A DNA stretch of 40,513 nt, from positions 1 through 40,513 of IMG/VR virus record IMGVR_UViG_3300027838_000014; one strand, 5' to 3'. Both the position numbers and the translations under genes were made by a program. The DNA comes from a virus (taxonomy: Duplodnaviria; Caudoviricetes). Positions within the stretch are counted from its first letter, which is position 1. Every line of letters starts with the position of its first letter. The notes below the pieces were generated by a model that was given only the letters and a program-made list of their open reading frames with translations, made no database searches and was not told where the DNA came from. This document shows, in pieces, positions 33,584 through 40,513 of this stretch.

Positions 33584-36409
33584 GTGACTGCACATTTAGG
33601 ATCCAGGGTATGTGACAGCAGTCGGGCAAACATATCAGGTGTGGGTCTCGATGCTGACTATACGCTAGTGTCGGGAGATGCTGGCCTGTTCATACTGGCA
33701 TCCTCTGTAGAGGACGGTGGTTCCGAGTTCCGTGCAGGACAGTCGCACTCTCTCCAATGGAGGGTGCTTCCTAGCGGAACCTTCGCAACCTTAGCCTTGA
33801 CGAACGCTACTGGCCCGCACCTTGACAACGCCACTGGAACCATAACCAACGGAACCAATGTGGCGACCGGGAACCGAAGAGGCACCCAGGCCGATGGACC
33901 TAATAGCGATGGGTTCGTTGCTAGTGGTAAAGAGTTCACAAGTTCGACCTCGCAAAACTACGGGGCTGAAGTCAAGGACGCACAGACTGAAGCCCAATGG
34001 GCGATAGACATGGGGAACTGCCCAGCCAGCACGGCCTATCAGTTCCAATCTTCATGGGGCTCAAAGAACGACGGAACCGCTACGTTCACCCTCATGACGG
34101 TTACAACTGCCGCTGCGGGTGGTACCACACATAGCCTTGCCCATACGACGGGTTCGATAGCGACCACTCATACTTCCTCCGTTACTGTTACATCCACACA
34201 CAGCCTATCACACACGGCAGGCGCAATAACGACCAGCACTTCCGCCAGTTCAATAACCGCCGTTCAAACGCACGACCTTGTCCACACGGCAGGCTCGATA
34301 GACCTCACTCAAGACACTGCCGATATCACCTCCAAGACTATCCATAATCTTTCATCCACGGCCACCAACCGGTACCTAATGGCGGACCATCCGCTCCCTG
34401 CCGGGGGTTTCTACTCTCATATCACAATCACCTCGGGTGCTACCACACACAGCCTAGCGCACACGACGGGTTCAATAGCGCCCACTCACGACTCCACGGT
34501 GAAGTTGACACGCAGCCTTACGCATACGACGGATACGATAGCGACCACCCACGACTCCGCAGTGAAGTTGACACGCAGTCTTACGCATACGGCAGGCTCA
34601 ATAGGAATCACTCAAGGCACCGCCGATATCACTGCCGACCAAACCCATGAACTAGCGCACACGGCAGGCTCGATAGACATCACGCAAGACACTGCTGATA
34701 TCACTGCCGCCCGCATACACAGCCTTGCACACACGGCAGGTTCAATAGCGACCACTCATGACTCAACGTTGAAGTTGACACACAGTCTTACGCATACGGC
34801 AGGTTCGATAGCGCCTACCCACACTGCTGATATAACAGCAGTCCAAACGCACGACCTTGCACACACCGCTGACTCGATAGACCTCACTCAAGACACTGCT
34901 GCAATAACTGCCGACCAAACGCACGACTTGGTCCATACGGCCGACTCGATAGACCTCACTCAAGACACTGCCGATATCACCTCGACTGGTTCAACAATAC
35001 GCAGCCTTGCCCACACTACGGGTTCAGTAGAGCCTACTCAGGATACTGCTGCACTCACGGTCACCAGTACGCATAACCTTGCACACACGGCTGGCACGAT
35101 AACGCCCACCCACGACTCCACGTTGAAGTTGACACGAAGCCTAGTACACACGACGGACTCGATAGCGCCTACTCATGACTCAACGTTGAAGTTGACGCAT
35201 AACCTTGCCGTCCGCTTTATATTCGGCGTACCATTCGACTCCGCCATAAGTATCGGCACAGTTCCGACCGCTGCACTCACGGTCACTAGCACGCACAACC
35301 TTGTCCATACTGTCGGCTCGATACGCATCACTCAAAACACTGCCGCTGCCCTTGTACTTACAATACACCGACTCGCACATACGGCGGGGTTGATAGCGCC
35401 TACTCAGACTGCCGCACTCACGGTCACTAGCACGCACAATCTTGCCCATACGGCTGGCACGATACAGGTCACTCAGGATACTGCTGCTCTCACGGTCACT
35501 AGCACTCACAACCTCTCGGCCACCGACTCAATCGAACTGACCCATGACGCTGCTGTGGTGTTGATTCACAGCCTTGTACATACGACGGATTCGCTCACGG
35601 TGACAGACGACAGTAGAGTTCAAGCGAAGGTGGTTATTAGCCTTCAGGGAACCGGGACAGTATCAGACCCCACTGACGTATCTCGTATAGAGTCGGCAAC
35701 ATACCTTATATCTGTTACCATAGACGGGGTTGGAGATCTAACCCATAACCTGTTGAAGAGGAGCGAGATAATGTCACTAGAGGAAATATGGAATACCGGG
35801 CTGACCCAACTAGGTGTTGGTACAGTGGATTCCGCAGTATCAGATCAGACGGCGCAGGCAATCCTATTGAGGAAGGTCTGGGACAACTTTAGAAAACAGT
35901 TCGTGAGCGACCACGCATGGAATGGCTGCAAGACTACCGCCGCCCTCACTGCCCTGGCGAACTCGGACTTCAAGGACACCACCCGGTGGGGGAACGTCTT
36001 CTCACTGCCGTCAGACTACCTCCGGGCGCTCACTGTGAATGGGCACCCGAATCAGGCTGGCAACGCAGAGCGGATCATGTGGGAGATCGAGATCGTATCT
36101 GACAGTTCAGGTGCCAAGTCTCGCTGTATCTGCACGAACCAGAGTACGGTCAAGTTGGAGTATGTCTTCGATCCAGGAGACGCTAACATAGGAACCTTCC
36201 TTGCTCCCGCCATGAAGCACGCACTGGGGCTGGCCTTTGCTGCCTTCGTTGCCCCGAACTTTGGCAAGAGTGCGAACGACATAACCCTGATTGAGCAGAA
36301 GGCACGAGAGGCCCTACTCAAGGCACGTGGTATTGACGGTCAAGAGTCCTCTGGGATCTTCTTCGGCCCGTCCGAACTGGTTGAGTCAAGATACAGGAGT
36401 AGTAGTTAA
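33584..36409 (+). CDS. His/Thr-repeat fibre-like protein fused in frame to tail tubular protein A (gp11-like adaptor)
   Basis: AAGGAGG + GTG start and ~20 repeats. The C-terminal ~212 aa (IWNTGLTQLG, HAWN, FSLPSDYLR, ARGIDGQE) is typical of the tail adaptor. Confidence 0.8.
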   Translation: MTAHLGSRVCDSSRANISGVGLDADYTLVSGDAGLFILASSVEDGGSEFRAGQSHSLQWRVLPSGTFATLALTNATGPHLDNATGTITNGTNVATGNRRGTQADGPNSDGFVASGKEFTSSTSQNYGAEVKDAQTEAQWAIDMGNCPASTAYQFQSSWGSKNDGTATFTLMTVTTAAAGGTTHSLAHTTGSIATTHTSSVTVTSTHSLSHTAGAITTSTSASSITAVQTHDLVHTAGSIDLTQDTADITSKTIHNLSSTATNRYLMADHPLPAGGFYSHITITSGATTHSLAHTTGSIAPTHDSTVKLTRSLTHTTDTIATTHDSAVKLTRSLTHTAGSIGITQGTADITADQTHELAHTAGSIDITQDTADITAARIHSLAHTAGSIATTHDSTLKLTHSLTHTAGSIAPTHTADITAVQTHDLAHTADSIDLTQDTAAITADQTHDLVHTADSIDLTQDTADITSTGSTIRSLAHTTGSVEPTQDTAALTVTSTHNLAHTAGTITPTHDSTLKLTRSLVHTTDSIAPTHDSTLKLTHNLAVRFIFGVPFDSAISIGTVPTAALTVTSTHNLVHTVGSIRITQNTAAALVLTIHRLAHTAGLIAPTQTAALTVTSTHNLAHTAGTIQVTQDTAALTVTSTHNLSATDSIELTHDAAVVLIHSLVHTTDSLTVTDDSRVQAKVVISLQGTGTVSDPTDVSRIESATYLISVTIDGVGDLTHNLLKRSEIMSLEEIWNTGLTQLGVGTVDSAVSDQTAQAILLRKVWDNFRKQFVSDHAWNGCKTTAALTALANSDFKDTTRWGNVFSLPSDYLRALTVNGHPNQAGNAERIMWEIEIVSDSSGAKSRCICTNQSTVKLEYVFDPGDANIGTFLAPAMKHALGLAFAAFVAPNFGKSANDITLIEQKAREALLKARGIDGQESSGIFFGPSELVESRYRSSS
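34126..35620 (+). repeat. ~20 imperfect coding repeats of 21-26 codons (T[HR]xLxHT[AT][GD]SI..T[HQ]D)
   Basis: Seen in both protein and DNA, e.g. recurrent CTCGATAGACCTCACTCAAGACACTGC. Confidence 0.95.
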
Positions 36410-39400
36410 TGGTATGGGTTCCCCAGACGAGTTTCAGGTATGGTGAGATCAGTCCACGAATGGACGGTCCCTCTGACCCAAAAATCTATGACGCCTCTTG
36501 CCGTAAGGTTGAGGGTGCTATCGTGTCGTCGAACGGAACCATTGAGAAACGAAAGGGAACCTCTTACCGTGGTGAAACTTCGTTCTCTACAACTGAGACG
36601 AACTTTACCTCTTCTGCCGTGAAGTTGATACCCTTCAAGTCTGGCACCGACACCTATGTCCTGGTCTTTGAGGTCATGTCTCAACCTAACTCAGCCTACC
36701 CATTCACTAACGCAGACGGGAACATTAACTTCCCCACGCTGACATGGGGTGTTATACGTGTGATCAAGGACGACGTTTTTTACACGTCGAATGGGTCTTC
36801 CACGTATACGGGTACACAGGTATGGGCGGAGCAATCTGTTTGCAACCTACCGTTTAGAACGCAGTCGCCTGCTAACTTGCATCATGACGTTATAGATACA
36901 GACTTCCGTCCACCGGGTTCTGACTTATCGTTTTCAAAGATGTTTGGATGGCACCATTTTACGGCCAAGCAACTACCAGAGGTTAACTACTTCCAGCATG
37001 ACGACTCCCTGGTAATATGCCACCAAGCAAAGCCGCCAATGGAAGTGTTTGTAGATACTGATGGGTATCTAGATACACGACAATACCTCATGGAAACTAG
37101 GTCTCCAGAGGTTGATCGTCGGGGGCCTCGATTCTCAATGACGGCAACTCAAAAGGGCGCTACCGCCAACGAGGATTATACGGTAGATACGACAATGAAC
37201 TGGTTTGAAGACGGAGACATAGGGGCCATATATCGACTAGGATCTTGTTTGTCCAAACAATCTACGGTGACGTCTGCAAGTCTTGAGAGTCAGGTGCCAA
37301 CGTCACTTGGAGAACATTCTGACGACCGTGGTGGGTATTTCGCAATGGTTACCGAGGTAGTGAATAACAGACAAGCGATAATGACGTCCATCACTGATCT
37401 CAATGTCGGCGGACGTGAATATATCGCTTACATATCAGATCCAAGTGACTGGGACGGGCCGTGGGTGAGCGATAGAGCACTGCCCCCGACAAGTAATCCT
37501 TATAGTAGCCAGGCTCGCAACTATGGGCACACACTGCCGGGCCGAAGACTCATAAGGTACAACCATACCACCACAATAACCAGTGCCAACACAGGTACGT
37601 TTTTTGAAGACTGCGCTGCGTCTGAAATAACAATACAGCCGAACTACAACGCAGATTACGGCGGTAATGCAACGGGCCCAGGTACAACTATCGGCACAGA
37701 CACAACGATTCAGCCTACTGACATTGGGTGTATCATTATGAATCGCCAAGACAACAGGAATGGCGTAACCCCTTCTTGGCTTTTCTCTGCCCCCGTCCTG
37801 GACGTGTCTTGTTTTGCATTGATCACAGGGACTTTTACAGTAGGAGCGGACGTACTGGGGTCTGGCCTACAGCAAACTATGTACAGGGCGCAAATACTTA
37901 ATGGAGAGCAAGCGCCCACTTCGACCGCTCCAGGGTGGAGGCCAAGTGTAAGTGGATATCAGGACCCAAACACGGCGTTGTCTACTACCACCGCAGACAG
38001 CGCTCGTCTCCCAAGGATGGGTAATACTCAAAATGCAGACGGATCCGAAGTACGTGCCCCAATGGGCGGGCACCTCTACCGTTTAAGGAACAAACGGAAG
38101 TCTATGGAGGCAATACCCCCGATTGCGATACAAAGAGTATCCGCAGGGACGCCCCTATCGAACTCCCCCGACTTAACATATTATAAATCAATCGCAGCGG
38201 GAGAGACCGTGACTATCGTTGGTGGAGATATCCCAGCCGCACATAAAGTCTCTGAGTCCTCGACACCATTTGACTACTCCGTCCGAGGAGAGACTGAAGT
38301 CCTTCCAACGCCTCCCGTCTTTCCGCCCTTCGGATATTTGGATGCTGTACCAACCGCTGGTACCCTGCATGTTAATGGCGGCGTCTTCTCCCATGTGAGA
38401 CACGACAACGCCTATGGCGTCGGTCCTCTGGTAGAAGACACATGGCTTGTAATAAAGCCACCCTCCTCCACGGCAATCACAGGTAAGTACGGTCTAGGAT
38501 GGTCTGAAGCAGTCGGGTTCCCCAGTTGCGGTAGTAGCCACCAGGGGCGAGTGATCTTCGCTGGATTTGAACATCAAAAGAGAGTGGTTGTCGGTAGCGT
38601 GTTAGACGATCCTAGAGACTTCTCAATAGGAGGTGCCTCTTCCGACGGCTTCCACTTCCTAGTGAACGACTTGCGTGGCAGCAGGGTACGCTGGCTGTCC
38701 TCTGGTGTAGATCTGCTCATTGGGACGACCACAGGTGAGTTCTCCATTGGAGGCTCTCCACTCTCTGCTCTGTCAGTTGGAGTTGATCGACACTCAGCCT
38801 ATGGGTCTGCCTCGATCAGGCCAGTGATCATTGGAAATCACCTGCTATTCGTGCAAAAGGATCGGAAGACGATACGTGCGTTGAAGTTCAACTTCGCTAC
38901 TCAGAGATACCAAAGCACAAACGCCACGCAGAACCATGCACACTTGTTTAAGGACGTTGTGATTGAGGAAATGGTTGTTTGGGAAGGCGAAGAGGACCCG
39001 GTTCTCCTGTTGAGGCTATCCAACGGTGAGGTTCTATCGTCTCGTGTTAATGAGATCGAAGGATTCATTGGGTGGTCTCGAATGAAACTCCCACTTTGTT
39101 CCTCCATTTGCCAGTCACGCCACCCAATACCTTCGGGTGAGTCAACTTCGTACACTGCTGCCGACTCGTTCTATGTGGCCTACGACACCAGTAGTGCAAA
39201 CAAGTACGCCCTGTCTAAGTACGACGATACCCTGTACCTCGACGAGGCAGAGATAGCCACGGTGACGGGGACGTTTGCTACTTCTAACTACGCAGCCACG
39301 CTTGGATCCACTCGTTTCAATGGGTTGGACGTGTCGGTTGTAGTGGACGGCATATATCGGGGTGAGCATACTGTCACTGGTAGCAGCGTTTCCCTGGTTA

Positions 39401-39768
39401 ATATCACCAGCGCAGAGGCGACTTCAGTAATCGTTGGCAAGAAGATCAACATGGTCATGCATCCAAGAGTTCCTGAAGTCATATCGGGGACTCGTGTTAC
39501 TTCCACCCTTGGAAGAATGAAGAACTATTCGTCGGTCGTAGTCAATGTCAATGGGAGCAAGGGCGTCAAGGTCAACGGATTGGAAATCGACGGCATACCG
39601 CTGGACCTAACTAGCAACCAAATCACTCCACACACGGAACACACAGGATGGTTGGAGTGCGTCGCTACGGGTCTGTACGGAATACAGCCGTTGCTTGAGA
39701 TAAGTTCTGACAGGCCGTACCCAGTGGAGATATGCGGATATACTGTTGACATGAAGGTGGAGGGCTAA
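36409..39768 (+). CDS. Tail tubular protein B (gp12-like nozzle)
   Basis: QTSF..GEISP, G..EKRKGT, KLIPF, GFPS....HQGRVIFAG, LLIGT..GEF, LFVQ and GWSR motifs. Confidence 0.9.
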   Translation: MVWVPQTSFRYGEISPRMDGPSDPKIYDASCRKVEGAIVSSNGTIEKRKGTSYRGETSFSTTETNFTSSAVKLIPFKSGTDTYVLVFEVMSQPNSAYPFTNADGNINFPTLTWGVIRVIKDDVFYTSNGSSTYTGTQVWAEQSVCNLPFRTQSPANLHHDVIDTDFRPPGSDLSFSKMFGWHHFTAKQLPEVNYFQHDDSLVICHQAKPPMEVFVDTDGYLDTRQYLMETRSPEVDRRGPRFSMTATQKGATANEDYTVDTTMNWFEDGDIGAIYRLGSCLSKQSTVTSASLESQVPTSLGEHSDDRGGYFAMVTEVVNNRQAIMTSITDLNVGGREYIAYISDPSDWDGPWVSDRALPPTSNPYSSQARNYGHTLPGRRLIRYNHTTTITSANTGTFFEDCAASEITIQPNYNADYGGNATGPGTTIGTDTTIQPTDIGCIIMNRQDNRNGVTPSWLFSAPVLDVSCFALITGTFTVGADVLGSGLQQTMYRAQILNGEQAPTSTAPGWRPSVSGYQDPNTALSTTTADSARLPRMGNTQNADGSEVRAPMGGHLYRLRNKRKSMEAIPPIAIQRVSAGTPLSNSPDLTYYKSIAAGETVTIVGGDIPAAHKVSESSTPFDYSVRGETEVLPTPPVFPPFGYLDAVPTAGTLHVNGGVFSHVRHDNAYGVGPLVEDTWLVIKPPSSTAITGKYGLGWSEAVGFPSCGSSHQGRVIFAGFEHQKRVVVGSVLDDPRDFSIGGASSDGFHFLVNDLRGSRVRWLSSGVDLLIGTTTGEFSIGGSPLSALSVGVDRHSAYGSASIRPVIIGNHLLFVQKDRKTIRALKFNFATQRYQSTNATQNHAHLFKDVVIEEMVVWEGEEDPVLLLRLSNGEVLSSRVNEIEGFIGWSRMKLPLCSSICQSRHPIPSGESTSYTAADSFYVAYDTSSANKYALSKYDDTLYLDEAEIATVTGTFATSNYAATLGSTRFNGLDVSVVVDGIYRGEHTVTGSSVSLVNITSAEATSVIVGKKINMVMHPRVPEVISGTRVTSTLGRMKNYSSVVVNVNGSKGVKVNGLEIDGIPLDLTSNQITPHTEHTGWLECVATGLYGIQPLLEISSDRPYPVEICGYTVDMKVEG

Positions 39769-40199
39769 TGTCCGAAGAGGGAGAATACGCCTTACAGGGA
39801 GCGCAGTCGGGGGCGGCTCTGGGTACCATGCTTTTACCCGGCATTGGAACAGCCGCAGGCTTTATCCTTGGCGGCATCTTTGGTGGACTATCGGGTGCCA
39901 AGGCACATGAGAAGAAGAGGGCGATTCGACGGGAAAATGACCGACTCAAATCAGTGCAACTCTTCAGTCATGCCTCTGACGAAGGTCGCCTGTCTAGATT
40001 CAAGGCGGCAAGCCAGAGAGCGTTGATCGGTGGGGCGGGGTTGTCCACGAGGTCTGGTTCAGCGTCGGCGGTGGAGTCCGACATAATGGCTGAGTCTGTC
40101 CTTCAGCAAGAATCCATACTTGCAGGTTTGCCAAAGTCATATCGTCGAAAGAACCCTAACTTCGCAACAAACGGTAGTTCGTTTATAAGGCTGGCATAA
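39768..40199 (+). CDS. Small internal virion (ejection) protein, gp14-position analogue
   Basis: Glycine-zipper GA..GAALG...PGIGTAAG.ILGG followed by QRA..G..G....GS. Follows the nozzle gene. Confidence 0.7.
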   Translation: MSEEGEYALQGAQSGAALGTMLLPGIGTAAGFILGGIFGGLSGAKAHEKKRAIRRENDRLKSVQLFSHASDEGRLSRFKAASQRALIGGAGLSTRSGSASAVESDIMAESVLQQESILAGLPKSYRRKNPNFATNGSSFIRLA

Positions 40200-40513
40200 T
40201 GGTAGTAGTAAACATTTCTGGTACTGGGCCACGTCCCCGTAAACTACAGGTCGATACGTCCAAACTAGAAGACCTACAAGAGGACCTTGCGGATCACGAG
40301 TCCACATGGAACTCTATCATGGGCGCAACCAAACTAGCAGCCGGTTTAATAGAGGGTGCGAGCAATGAGAAGATAAAAGAAGTTGAGACCCGTGTGAAGG
40401 CTGGGTTGTCTGCTGTAAGCAACGCCGTCACTGACAGCGCAGTGGCCGCTGGTAGTGAAGCAGGTCTGGGCGATGGCACGTTTGCGGACGTTGTCTTCAA
40501 GGGCGAGGAGTTC
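40199..40513 (+). CDS. 5' part of the 1610-aa ejection protein (second allele; continues at 529)
   Basis: Encodes MVVVNISGTGPRPRK..., matching 214-528 with a few substitutions. Confidence 0.9.
   Translation, partial: MVVVNISGTGPRPRKLQVDTSKLEDLQEDLADHESTWNSIMGATKLAAGLIEGASNEKIKEVETRVKAGLSAVSNAVTDSAVAAGSEAGLGDGTFADVVFKGEEF

Overview
This window is a near-complete, circularly permuted podovirus (Caudoviricetes) genome of about 39,985 bp. The last 126 nt are identical to 403-528, while 1-402 is a diverged second allele of the sequence just upstream of that terminal match. The + strand late module runs TerS, TerL, T7/BPP-1-type portal, Bbp19-like protein, scaffold, major capsid, two small paralogous virion proteins, a His/Thr-repeat protein fused in frame to the tail adaptor, the tail nozzle, three probable ejection proteins, holin-like and spanin-like genes, and three basic orphan proteins. 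The - strand modules encode SSB, a RepB'-type primase/D5 SF3 helicase, an ERCC4 nuclease, DUF932-like and GP88-like proteins, two XRE HTH regulators, and a YqaJ/ERF recombination pair. I recognise no DNA or RNA polymerase, integrase, endolysin, tRNA or CRISPR array. The most unusual part is non-coding (16.0-21.0 kb). It contains (i) a ~640-nt densely base-paired candidate structured RNA at 18765-19405, (ii) an array of 16 direct GGGCCGATAA 10-mers at 15-17-bp phase, (iii) two separated loci sharing GTCATGG iterons, suggesting a bipartite origin, and (iv) a repeated RBS-sequestering leader on early genes. All family assignments come from motif recognition by eye, not database searches.
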